A stretch of 64,000 nucleotides of DNA, from contig JBGPDC010000001.1 in the NCBI GenBank assembly GCA_041482115.1, positions 24,296-88,295 of the forward strand, in the 5' to 3' direction. Shown here in pieces: positions 16,165 through 24,416 of the stretch (its first letter is position 1; each line of letters opens with the position of its first letter). This stretch comes from Terriglobia bacterium. GTDB lineage: Bacteria; Acidobacteriota; Terriglobia; Bryobacterales; JACQDG01. The position numbers and the translations under genes were made by a program. The notes under the pieces were generated by a model that did no database searches, was not told the DNA's origin, and saw nothing but the letters and a program-made list of their open reading frames with translations.

Positions 16165-16509
16165 ATGAACGTGAAGCATGCTTTGATTCTGGCACTCGTG
16201 CTGGGCTTGGGATCTGCGTGGAGCGCAGACAAGGCCGTAGAACTAGCCGTAGAGGAGACCACCACTCTCCGGGTCGGAGAACTGGCGGTACTGCAAATCC
16301 CCTCGGATCGCCGTTATTCGCATTTTCGGGGGAACGTAGCTGGAAACGCGCTTGCCTTCATTCGGCGTTCTGGACGCAAAGTGCTCTATCGTGCCGTTCA
16401 GCCTGGGCAAAGCACAATAGTCATCGGCCCCGAGGTTCCCAGGGGAGAATGCATTAGCTGCGCCACGCTCCATTATTTCATTACCGTAGTTCCACAGAGG
16501 TCAAACTAG
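16165..16509 (+). CDS. small secreted hypothetical protein
   Basis: Signal peptide MNVKHALILALVLGLGSAWSA. 114 aa from ATG 16165. No family recognised. Confidence 0.45.
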   Translation: MNVKHALILALVLGLGSAWSADKAVELAVEETTTLRVGELAVLQIPSDRRYSHFRGNVAGNALAFIRRSGRKVLYRAVQPGQSTIVIGPEVPRGECISCATLHYFITVVPQRSN

Positions 16510-16551
16510 ACCACTACCCCATCGTAGCGCCGTCCGGCGTGAGCCTGCCCG

Positions 16552-16560
16552 TGTTATACT
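16552..16560 (+). promoter_or_regulatory. extended -10 promoter candidate (TGTTATACT) for rpmI-rplT
   Basis: TATACT at 16555-16560 preceded by TGT. This leaves a leader of roughly 90-100 nt before the TTG start at 16660. Confidence 0.45.
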
Positions 16561-16659
16561 ATTAAGTCTTTCCGCTCGGCCGCGCAGTATCCCCAGACTA
16601 GAGCGAGCGAAACGGGTAACACCGGTTCGTGGTGTGCGCGGGGGCGAAGGAGGTATCCG

Positions 16660-16851
16660 TTGCCGAAGCTAAAGACCCATCGCGGTGCGATGAAGCGTTT
16701 CAAGAAAACAGCCAGTGGCAAGATCAAGCGGGGCCATGCCTCGGCGCGTCACATCCTGACCAGCAAGACCCGCAAGCAGAAGCGCAGGCTTCGCAAGGGG
16801 GGCCTGGTCAGCGACGGCGACTACAAACGGATTGCCCGGATGCTGCTCTAG
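16660..16851 (+). CDS. rpmI: 50S ribosomal protein L35
   Basis: [27 protein letters not shown] start. RBS GGAGG at 16649-16653. Confidence 0.95.
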   Translation: MPKLKTHRGAMKRFKKTASGKIKRGHASARHILTSKTRKQKRRLRKGGLVSDGDYKRIARMLL

Positions 16852-16936
16852 CAGCCTCCGCGATCCCAGGCGTGCGAGCAGTGCGCGAGGCACGTGCCTG
16901 CGTTGCCGCCGACTTTACTGACAGGAGAAAAAAACC

Positions 16937-17299
16937 GTGCCCAGAGTAAAACGCGGCACTAAGCGCCGCGACCGACGCAAGAAGATTCTGCACCGCGCCT
17001 CCGGTTATTTCTTAACCAAGAGCAAACTCTACCGGCCGGCTAAAGAAGCCGTAGAGCGCGGGCTCAAGTTCGCGTACACCGGCCGCCGGCTGAAGAAGCG
17101 CGATTTCCGGTCCCTGTGGATCGTCCGGATCGGGGCGGCCGCCCGCCTTCACGACCTTTCCTATAACCGCCTCATCCATGGCTTGAAGCTGGCCGGGGTC
17201 GATCTCGACCGCAAGATCCTCGCCGACATCGCTTCCCAGGACCCGCCTACGTTCGGGGCCCTGGCGGCCAAGGCCAAGGCGGCGCTCGCGGCGAAGTAG
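16937..17299 (+). CDS. rplT: 50S ribosomal protein L20
   Basis: [18 protein letters not shown]...[12 protein letters not shown] start. Confidence 0.95.
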   Translation: MPRVKRGTKRRDRRKKILHRASGYFLTKSKLYRPAKEAVERGLKFAYTGRRLKKRDFRSLWIVRIGAAARLHDLSYNRLIHGLKLAGVDLDRKILADIASQDPPTFGALAAKAKAALAAK

Positions 17300-17315
17300 C
17301 GGGCGGGAGCGGGGC

Positions 17316-18392
17316 ATGTCCGTCACCGCCAAGGTGAACCAGCCGCTGGCGGAGGTCGCCACCGACGCGGCCGCCGTGGAGCAGCTCTATCGCGAGCTCG
17401 ACGCGCTGTTCGCGAGCGAACTGGCCGCGGCCCGCGACGGAGAGGAGCTCAAGAAGCTCCGCGACCGCTGGCTCGGCCGCAAGCAGGGGCTGCTCACCTT
17501 CTCGAACGACCACTGGTTGAAGTCCGCGCCGCGCCCGCTGAAGCCCGCCGTCGGAAAACTCCAGAACCAGCTCAAGACGCGCATTGAACAAGCCCTCGAA
17601 GAGCAGGCCGGACGCGCGGTGCAGACGGCCCGGTCAGAGCCGGGCTTGGACCTCACGCTGCCCGGTCCTGAGCGGCCGATTGGGGCGCGCCACCCGGTGC
17701 GCATTGTGCAGGAAGAGGTCGAGTCTATCTTCCGCTCGATGGGCTACTCCGTGTCCTCCGGGCCGGAGATCGAAAGCGACTACTACAACTTCGAGGCGCT
17801 CAACTTTCCGTCCGACCATCCGGCGCGCGACGCGATGGACACCATTTTCATCACCGACCGGATGCTGTTGCGCACCCATACCTCGCCCAACCAGATCCGC
17901 ATCATGGAAAGTACGCCGCCGCCGCTGCGCTACATCGTGCCGGGGAAGGTCTACCGCAACGACGCTCCCGACGCCAGCCATTCACCGATGTTTCACCAGG
18001 TGGAGGGCTTCGCGGTCGACGAGAAAATTTCCTTCTGCGACCTGAAGGGCACCATCGATTACTTCCTGAAGAGCCTGTTCGGCGCGGCGATCCGGACGCG
18101 CTTCCGGCCGAGCTTCTTTCCGTTCACGGAGCCGAGCGCCGAGGTCGATATCTCGTGCATCTTTTGCGGCGGCGAAGGGTGCCGGGTCTGCAAGCAGTCC
18201 GGGTGGATCGAGCTGCTGGGCTGCGGCATGATCGACCCGGCCGTCTTTCGCTACGTAAATTACGACCCCGAGCGGTACTCCGGGTTTGCCTTCGGCGTGG
18301 GGATCGATCGCCTGGCCATGCTGAAGTACGGCATTAATGATATCCAGTTGCTGTTCCAGGGCGACGTGCGGTTCTTGAGGCAGTTCCGCTGA
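17316..18392 (+). CDS. pheS: phenylalanine--tRNA ligase alpha subunit
   Basis: Class II motifs (HPARDAMDTIF, LLRTHTSP, FRPSFFPFTEPS, GFAFGVGIDRLAML). Confidence 0.96.
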   Translation: MSVTAKVNQPLAEVATDAAAVEQLYRELDALFASELAAARDGEELKKLRDRWLGRKQGLLTFSNDHWLKSAPRPLKPAVGKLQNQLKTRIEQALEEQAGRAVQTARSEPGLDLTLPGPERPIGARHPVRIVQEEVESIFRSMGYSVSSGPEIESDYYNFEALNFPSDHPARDAMDTIFITDRMLLRTHTSPNQIRIMESTPPPLRYIVPGKVYRNDAPDASHSPMFHQVEGFAVDEKISFCDLKGTIDYFLKSLFGAAIRTRFRPSFFPFTEPSAEVDISCIFCGGEGCRVCKQSGWIELLGCGMIDPAVFRYVNYDPERYSGFAFGVGIDRLAMLKYGINDIQLLFQGDVRFLRQFR

Positions 18393-20422
18393 TGAAGATC
18401 CTGCTGAGCTGGCTCCGCGAATACGTGGACATCCCCGAGCCGCCCGGGCAACTCGCCCAGGCGCTCACGATGGCGGGATTGACCGTCGAGGGGTTGTCGG
18501 AAGAGCACGGCGAGACGGTCATCGAGTTCGACATCACGGCCAACCGGCCGGACGCGCTCAACCACCTGGGCGTCGCCCGCGAGGTGGCGACGGTTTTCGG
18601 ACGGGAGGTCCGGCGGCCGGAGGTGCGGTTCACCGAGGATCCCTGGCCGGCGGCGAGCAACGCTTCCATCGAGATCACCGCTCCGGACCTGTGCGCGCGT
18701 TACACGGGGCGGGTGGCGATCAACGTGAACGTCACGGCCTCGCCGGACTGGATGCGCCGGCGGCTGGAGGCATGCGGCGTGCGTTCGATCAACAACGTCG
18801 CCGACATCACCAACTACGTGCTGCTGGAGGCGGGACATCCGACGCACGCTTTCGACCTCGATACGCTCGAGGGCGCGAAGATCATCGTCCGGCGGGCGGG
18901 CCCCGGCGAGTCACTCACGACGCTCGACGGCGTGGAGCGCGTGTTGCGTCCCGAGCAACTGGTGATCGCCGATGCGCGGCGGCCGGTGGCGCTCGCCGGG
19001 ATCATGGGCGGCGCTGCGACCGAGATCTCGCGGCAAACCCGCAACGTCCTCATCGAGAGCGCCTGGTTCGAGCCGTCGTCCATCCGCCGCACGGCGCGCC
19101 AGTTTGGGATGCACACCGAGGCGTCCCACCGCTTCGAGCGGGGCGCGGATATCGAGGCCGCCCCGTGGGCCAACGACCGCATCGCCGCTTACCTGGAGCA
19201 ACTGGCCTCGGCGACGATTCTCAGCGGGCTGATCGACGCTTATCCGGCCAGGCGCGCCCGCGCGGCGATTGGGTTGCGGAGATCCGCGGTGCGGCGGCAC
19301 CTCGGCGTGGAGATTCCTGCGGCGGAGGTCGAGCGGATCCTGGCGGCCCTCGGGTTCCGGATACAAGGCGAGCCGGAGGGCTGGCAGGTCACGCCGCCCA
19401 CGGCGCGCCTGGATATTGAGCGCGAGATCGATCTGATTGAAGAGATCGCACGCGTTTACGGACACGATAAGTTCCCGCCGCGTCTGCCCGAGTGGGGCGG
19501 CCACGCCGAGGAGGCGGAAAACGGCGTCCCGGAGCGGCGCCTGCGCGAGACGGCGCGCGCGCTCGGGTACGACGAGGCCGTGACGTATGGATTCATTGCC
19601 GCCGGGGAGGCCGAGCGCTTCGGCTCGTGGCCGGCGGTGGCGGTGCGGAATCCGTTGAGCGAGCTGTATAGCGTGATGCGCAACTCGGCGGTGCCGGGAC
19701 TGCTGCATGCCGTGGAGTGGAATTCGAACCGGGGCCAGCACGACGTACGGCTCTGTGAGGTGGGGCGGCTCTACCGGGCGGTGAAGGAAGGCTTTGCGGA
19801 ACCGCCGGTGATGGCTCTCGCGGCCACCGGGCGGGTGCGGCCGGCGTGCTGGAACGATCCGGGTAAGCTTTACGATTTCTGGGAAATCAAATCGGACGTG
19901 CTGACGTTGCTCCGTCTGTTCGACGGGCGGCTGGGCCTGGAGCCGGAGACCGAGGCCGGCTACTACCGCCCGGGCCATGCCGCGCACATTACCGCCGGCG
20001 GGCGCGCGGTCGCGCGCTGCGGCGAGCTTGACCCTGCCTTGCAGGCCGAGCGCAAGCTCCGCCATCCGGTCTTCCTCGCCGAGGTGTGGCTCGACGTCCT
20101 CTACGGCCTGCCCTTGCGGCAGCCGAAGTTCCAGGCCCTGCCGCGCGTGCCGGCGGTGGACCGCGACTTCTCCTTACTGCTGCCGGAGGGAACCCGCTTC
20201 GAGCAGATCGTGGAAACGATCGGCGAGCGGCCGTACCTGGTCCGTCTCGAACCGATGGAAATCTTTCGCGGCGGCCCGGTACCGGCGGGCAAATACAGCC
20301 TGCTGCTGCGCGCCGTCTGGCAGCGCGACGACACCACGCTCACGGACGAGGAAGTCAACGAATACGCGCGGCGGCTGGTCGAAACTCTCGAGCAGAAGCT
20401 CGGCGCGGAACAGCGGCGTTAA
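18392..20422 (+). CDS. pheT: phenylalanine--tRNA ligase beta subunit (lacks the B2 OB-fold tRNA-binding domain)
   Basis: ATGA overlap with pheS. B1 (MKILLSWLREYV) runs directly into ITANRPDALNHLGVAREVA. B3/4, B5 and the FDX-ACB-like C-terminus are present. 676 aa. Confidence 0.93.
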   Translation: MKILLSWLREYVDIPEPPGQLAQALTMAGLTVEGLSEEHGETVIEFDITANRPDALNHLGVAREVATVFGREVRRPEVRFTEDPWPAASNASIEITAPDLCARYTGRVAINVNVTASPDWMRRRLEACGVRSINNVADITNYVLLEAGHPTHAFDLDTLEGAKIIVRRAGPGESLTTLDGVERVLRPEQLVIADARRPVALAGIMGGAATEISRQTRNVLIESAWFEPSSIRRTARQFGMHTEASHRFERGADIEAAPWANDRIAAYLEQLASATILSGLIDAYPARRARAAIGLRRSAVRRHLGVEIPAAEVERILAALGFRIQGEPEGWQVTPPTARLDIEREIDLIEEIARVYGHDKFPPRLPEWGGHAEEAENGVPERRLRETARALGYDEAVTYGFIAAGEAERFGSWPAVAVRNPLSELYSVMRNSAVPGLLHAVEWNSNRGQHDVRLCEVGRLYRAVKEGFAEPPVMALAATGRVRPACWNDPGKLYDFWEIKSDVLTLLRLFDGRLGLEPETEAGYYRPGHAAHITAGGRAVARCGELDPALQAERKLRHPVFLAEVWLDVLYGLPLRQPKFQALPRVPAVDRDFSLLLPEGTRFEQIVETIGERPYLVRLEPMEIFRGGPVPAGKYSLLLRAVWQRDDTTLTDEEVNEYARRLVETLEQKLGAEQRR

Positions 20423-20451
20423 CATGCTGACGTGGCAGGGAGGTCAATGAG

Positions 20452-20748
20452 ATGGACGACATCGAATCCAGCGTGACGGACACCGCGGAGGCGACCCTGG
20501 CCGGTCTCGAGCCGCTGGCGCGCCTCGAGGAGCGCATCCTGGCGACGGTGGAACAGTTGCGGGCCGCGCGCCAGGAGAAGGCGCAGGCCGAGAGCGACCA
20601 GGCCCGGCTGCGCGAGCAACTGGCCCGCGCCGAACAGGAAAACCGCAAGTCCCGCGGCGAGGCGGAAGCGCTGCGCAAGGAGCGCCGCCAGATTCTCGAG
20701 CGCGTCGAGCGCCTGCTGGCGCAGGTAGAGAAGCTCCCGCAGAGTTAG
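20452..20748 (+). CDS. coiled-coil cell-division protein (ZapB-like)
   Basis: 98 aa, E/R/Q/A-rich heptad-like sequence, immediately upstream of zapA. RBS GGGAGG. Confidence 0.6.
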   Translation: MDDIESSVTDTAEATLAGLEPLARLEERILATVEQLRAARQEKAQAESDQARLREQLARAEQENRKSRGEAEALRKERRQILERVERLLAQVEKLPQS

Positions 20749-20766
20749 GCGCGCTCACTTTTTTAT

Positions 20767-20795
20767 TTGACATCCGGCCCCGCCCGTTCTAAATA
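20767..20795 (+). promoter_or_regulatory. promoter candidate for zapA
   Basis: Perfect TTGACA at 20767-20772, a 17-nt spacer, then TAAATA at 20790-20795. The -10 ends 6 nt before ATG 20802. Confidence 0.45.
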
Positions 20796-20801
20796 AGGAC
20801 C

Positions 20802-21122
20802 ATGGAGCAGTCTGAAGGCATTCGCATTTCGATCTTCGATCAGGTCTACCAACTCAAGACCGACGCGGCCGGCCGCGCGCACCTGCAGGAGGCGGCGCGC
20901 TATGTCGACCAGAAGATGCACGCCGTAGCGTCCCGCACCCAGACCGTGGATTCCTACCGCATCGCGGTGCTGGCCGCGCTGCACATCGCCGACGAGCTGT
21001 CGCGGCTGCAGGAAGAGCACCGGCGACTGCAGAGCGGAGTGCAAACCCAGACTTCGCGCTGCGCGGCGCTGCTGGACGAAGCTTTGGGAGCACAGTTCGT
21101 AAAAACACCAGCCGAGATCTAG
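20802..21122 (+). CDS. zapA: cell division protein ZapA
   Basis: IRISIFDQVYQLKTD...YRIAVLAALHIADEL is the ZapA pattern. 106 aa. Confidence 0.85.
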   Translation: MEQSEGIRISIFDQVYQLKTDAAGRAHLQEAARYVDQKMHAVASRTQTVDSYRIAVLAALHIADELSRLQEEHRRLQSGVQTQTSRCAALLDEALGAQFVKTPAEI

Positions 21123-21141
21123 TACTCTCACTACTTCGCTC

Positions 21142-21169
21142 TTGCTTTGGCGCGCTTTTGGGGTACAAT
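21142..21169 (+). promoter_or_regulatory. sigma70-type promoter candidate upstream of the ymdB-like gene
   Basis: TTGCTT at 21142-21147, a 16-nt spacer, then TACAAT at 21164-21169. This implies a leader of about 100 nt before ATG 21277. Confidence 0.55.
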
Positions 21170-21276
21170 GCTCGCTGGAGCCTCCTCCTGACAGCTTGGG
21201 GTCAAATGCGGCCGCCGACATGGCAGGAGGCCAGGCACCGTCTCCCCTTTGGCACGACCCCCCGCGTGCGCACGAC

Positions 21277-22059
21277 ATGAGGATTCTGTTCATTGGCGAC
21301 ATCGTCGGCTCGGCCGGCCGCCAGGTGGTGGCGGACCACGTGGCGGATATCACCGCCTCCCAGAGCATCGACCTGGTCATCGCCAACTGCGAGAACTCCG
21401 CCGCCGGCTTTGGCGTTACGCCGCGGCTGGCCGAGGATCTGCTGGGCCTGGGGATCGCGGTGCTGACCTCCGGCAACCACATCTGGGACAAGAAGGAAAT
21501 CGTGGGGTACATCGACCGGCAGCCGCGCTTGCTGCGGCCGGCTAACTACCCGGCGGGGACTCCGGGGACGGGCGTTTTCGTGGGCCGCACGGCGGCGGGC
21601 GCCGGTTACGCCGTCCTGAACCTGCAGGGCCGCACCTACCTGCCGAACATCGATTGTCCGTTCCGCGGCGCCGACGCGCTGCTCGCGGAGCTGCCGGAGG
21701 CCGTCAAGATACGGGTCATCGACTTTCACGCCGAGGTCACCAGCGAAAAGGTCGCCTTTGGGTGGTACGTGGATGGCCGCGCCACCGCGGTGCTCGGTAC
21801 GCATACTCACGTGCCGACGGCCGATGAGAGAATCCTGCCCGGCGGGACGGCCTATCTGACCGACGCGGGCATGACGGGCGCTTATGATTCGGTGATCGGC
21901 GTGGAAAAGACCGGGGCCATCGAGCGCTTCTTGACGGGTATGCCCCGGCGACTGGAGCCGGCCACCGGCGACGTGCGCCTGGCGGCGGTCATCGTCGAGG
22001 CGGACGAAGCCACCGGCCGCGCTTCCTGCATCCGGCGGCTGCAGCTTATGGGAGACTGA
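21277..22059 (+). CDS. YmdB-family (TIGR00282) metallophosphoesterase / 2',3'-cyclic-nucleotide phosphodiesterase
   Basis: ORF 21142..22059 trimmed to MRILFIGDIVG. Contains ANCENSAAGFG, TSGNHIWDKKE and GTHTHVPTAD. Confidence 0.85.
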   Translation: MRILFIGDIVGSAGRQVVADHVADITASQSIDLVIANCENSAAGFGVTPRLAEDLLGLGIAVLTSGNHIWDKKEIVGYIDRQPRLLRPANYPAGTPGTGVFVGRTAAGAGYAVLNLQGRTYLPNIDCPFRGADALLAELPEAVKIRVIDFHAEVTSEKVAFGWYVDGRATAVLGTHTHVPTADERILPGGTAYLTDAGMTGAYDSVIGVEKTGAIERFLTGMPRRLEPATGDVRLAAVIVEADEATGRASCIRRLQLMGD

Positions 22060-22071
22060 AAGGGTCAAGGC

Positions 22072-23244
22072 ATGGACGCGCTGGTAAGACCCGATTTCCT
22101 GGCCCTGGTTGCCCACATCGTCGGCACGGCGCTGTTTGCCGGCGTCTTCGCATTCCTGCACCGCGAATCGAACCACACGTATTTCGGCTATTGGTCGCTC
22201 GCCTGGGGCCTGCTGAGCGCCGCCCAGGCGTGCAATCTGGCCTCCACGCTCACGGGCCGGGCGGTCTTCCTGTTCCCCTTCGCGGTGCTGGAGCTGGCGT
22301 TCGTGGCGAGCCTGTTGTTCGCGGGCGCTTCGGTGGCGGGCAGCTTCAACCTGCGTCTGACGTCGGTGGCCCTGGCGGTTCCCGTCCTGCTGATGGGTGG
22401 TTTTGCGCTCGGGATGCTGAATGACCTCTCGGGTTTCTACGGGCTCCACAGCCTGGTGCTGACGATCGCCTACGGGTGGAACTTCCTCTCGTTCCGCCGG
22501 GCTTGGAAGCCCGCGGGCGGCATGGGGCGCAAGCTTTTTGGCGGCGCCCTCCTGCTGGCCTCTCTGCTCTACTCGCACTATGCGCTGATCTACGGCTCGA
22601 CGCACCTGGCCCATGCTTCCATCCCTTCCTACCTGCGGTATCACGATCTGTACGACCTCATGCTGGAGACCGTCCTGGCCTTTGCCGCGATGATGATGTG
22701 GATGGAGGAACAGCACCGCCGGCTCCAGGCCGCGAACGAGGAACTGGCCGACAGCCGCCAGGAGATCGCGCGGCGGGCCCGCACTGACAGCCTGACCGGG
22801 CTCCTGAATCGCGACGCCCTGAACGAAACCTGCGAAGCGGGCGAGCCGCTGGCCGGCGTGGTGGCGGTGCTCGACGTGGACAACTTTAAGCAGATCAACG
22901 ACAGCCGGGGCCACCTCACCGGCGACGAGGTGCTGGCCAACCTGGGCAGCCTGATCCGGTCTTCGGTGCGCAAGGAAGACGAGACCTGGCGCTGGGGCGG
23001 CGATGAATTCGTGATTCTGTTCCGCGATCAGACCCGCGACGCCGTGGAGGACCGCATCCGCCAGCTCGGCAAGCGGCTGGAGCATTTTCGCCTGCGGGGA
23101 AATGGCGTGCTGCCCGTGCGGCTGAGCTGGGGCACGGCGGAGCTCGAGCACCGCTCGCTGCGGCAGGCGATCGCGGAGGCCGACCACCAGATGTACCTGC
23201 GGAAGCACGACAAAATCCCGCCCGCCAAACAGCTCTTCGGCTGA
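22072..23244 (+). CDS. membrane-anchored diguanylate cyclase (GGDEF)
   Basis: About six N-terminal TM segments. DSLTGLLNR ... LDVDNFKQINDSRGHLTGD ... RWGGDEFVILF. Confidence 0.9.
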   Translation: MDALVRPDFLALVAHIVGTALFAGVFAFLHRESNHTYFGYWSLAWGLLSAAQACNLASTLTGRAVFLFPFAVLELAFVASLLFAGASVAGSFNLRLTSVALAVPVLLMGGFALGMLNDLSGFYGLHSLVLTIAYGWNFLSFRRAWKPAGGMGRKLFGGALLLASLLYSHYALIYGSTHLAHASIPSYLRYHDLYDLMLETVLAFAAMMMWMEEQHRRLQAANEELADSRQEIARRARTDSLTGLLNRDALNETCEAGEPLAGVVAVLDVDNFKQINDSRGHLTGDEVLANLGSLIRSSVRKEDETWRWGGDEFVILFRDQTRDAVEDRIRQLGKRLEHFRLRGNGVLPVRLSWGTAELEHRSLRQAIAEADHQMYLRKHDKIPPAKQLFG

Positions 23245-23257
23245 GCGCCGCCCGCCC

Positions 23258-23992
23258 TCACTTCGTGGCGACGACGCTGAGGGAAAGCGCCGCGAAGGCG
23301 CCGGTGCTGTAACCGTCGTAGGCGAACTCGTCCGCCACTTCCACGGCCGCGAAACCGGCCTCGCGGATCATCTCGAGATACACCTCACGGCCGAGGGCGC
23401 CCGCTACGCACCCCGCCCACTGCTCCAGATCCCGGCGCACCGCCGCGGGCATCTCGCCGCGGGTGACGATATCCGAGATCTGCATCCGTCCCCCGGGCCG
23501 GAGCACCCGGTGGGCCTCGCGAAACACCCGCCGTTTGTCCGGCGCGAGATTGATCACGCAGTTGGAGAGAATCACGTCGATGCTGCCGCTCTCGACGGGC
23601 AGGTTCTCGATCTCGCCGCGCCGGAACTCCACGTTGGTGTAACCGCCGGCGGCGGCATTCGCCCGGGCCCTTTCGAGCATCCCGTCGGTCATGTCCACGC
23701 CGATCACGCGGCCCGTGGGACCGACCTGCTGGGCGGCGAGGAAAGCGTCCACGCCGGCGCCCGAGCCCAGGTCGAGGACGGTCATGCCCGGCTCGAGCGG
23801 CACCAGGCGGGTCGGGACGCCGCAGCCCAAGCCGAGCGCGGCGCCCTCCGGCAGCGAAGCCAGCTCCTCCGGCCGGTAGCCCCCGGCGCCGGTTCGCACC
23901 TGGGTCAGAGCGGTGCAGCAGGAGCGCGTCCCCGCCGCCACCTCGCCGTATTTCTTTCGGACGGCGTCTTTGATTTCCGATTCGGTTCTCAT
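23258..23992 (-). CDS. arsM: arsenite S-adenosylmethionine methyltransferase-like protein
   Basis: ORF trimmed to [20 protein letters not shown] motif [11 protein letters not shown]. Conserved Cys positions ([19 protein letters not shown]). Start overlaps the arsR stop (TGATG). Confidence 0.8.
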   Translation of the reverse strand: MRTESEIKDAVRKKYGEVAAGTRSCCTALTQVRTGAGGYRPEELASLPEGAALGLGCGVPTRLVPLEPGMTVLDLGSGAGVDAFLAAQQVGPTGRVIGVDMTDGMLERARANAAAGGYTNVEFRRGEIENLPVESGSIDVILSNCVINLAPDKRRVFREAHRVLRPGGRMQISDIVTRGEMPAAVRRDLEQWAGCVAGALGREVYLEMIREAGFAAVEVADEFAYDGYSTGAFAALSLSVVATK

Positions 23993-24333
23993 CACTTTTT
24001 GCCTCCTGCGATTTCTTCCACACGGACCACCTGGTGGCCGGTACAGCACTCCTCGAAAAGAAAACTCAGCATCTCCCGCAGACCCTTGGCGCGGGCGGCG
24101 TACCACACCCACTGGCGGTCGCGGCGCGACTCGACCAGTCCGGCCCGCTCCAGTTTCATCAGGTGGTGGTTCAAGGTGGAGCCGGGCATTTTGAGCCGCG
24201 TCTGGATCTCTCCAGCCGTCATGCCGCCGAGGTCATACACCGCCAGCAGCAGCCGGACTATCTGGATACGGTGGGGGTGAGCCAGGGCCGCAAACTGCCC
24301 TGCCATGGCTTCAACCTGGGCTGAGATTTCCAT
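23992..24333 (-). CDS. arsR: ArsR/SmtB-family transcriptional regulator
   Basis: FAALAHPHRIQIVRLL...AGEI...STLNHHLMKLERAGLV. Confidence 0.88.
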   Translation of the reverse strand: MEISAQVEAMAGQFAALAHPHRIQIVRLLLAVYDLGGMTAGEIQTRLKMPGSTLNHHLMKLERAGLVESRRDRQWVWYAARAKGLREMLSFLFEECCTGHQVVRVEEIAGGKK

Positions 24334-24356
24334 ATTTCTAATATACTAGAAATATG
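24331..24356. promoter_or_regulatory. 10-6-10 inverted repeat, ArsR operator candidate
   Basis: CATATTTCTA-atatac-TAGAAATATG with perfect arms. It overlaps the arsR start codon at 24331-24333. Confidence 0.6.
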
Positions 24357-24395
24357 GCAAAGGTAAAGGTCCAATGGAATCTCGCGCTGCGGTTT

Positions 24396-24416
24396 AGTAC
24401 CATGGTATATGGTACT
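24396..24416. promoter_or_regulatory. 8-5-8 inverted repeat over the HAD gene start
   Basis: AGTACCAT-ggtat-ATGGTACT. It contains the 10-bp palindrome TACCATGGTA and three TGGTA direct repeats. It overlaps ATG 24409. Confidence 0.5.

Noticed and set aside
21123-21276. 6S RNA (ssrS) downstream of zapA
   Set aside because: The position is suggestive by analogy with E. coli only. The segment is short for a 6S RNA, and I could not find complementary 5'/3' ends or a central bubble.
21202-23208. 668-aa ORF antisense to the ymdB-like and GGDEF genes
   Set aside because: It is a shadow ORF spanning two well-supported plus-strand genes. It is Arg/Gly/Ala-rich with no recognisable domain.
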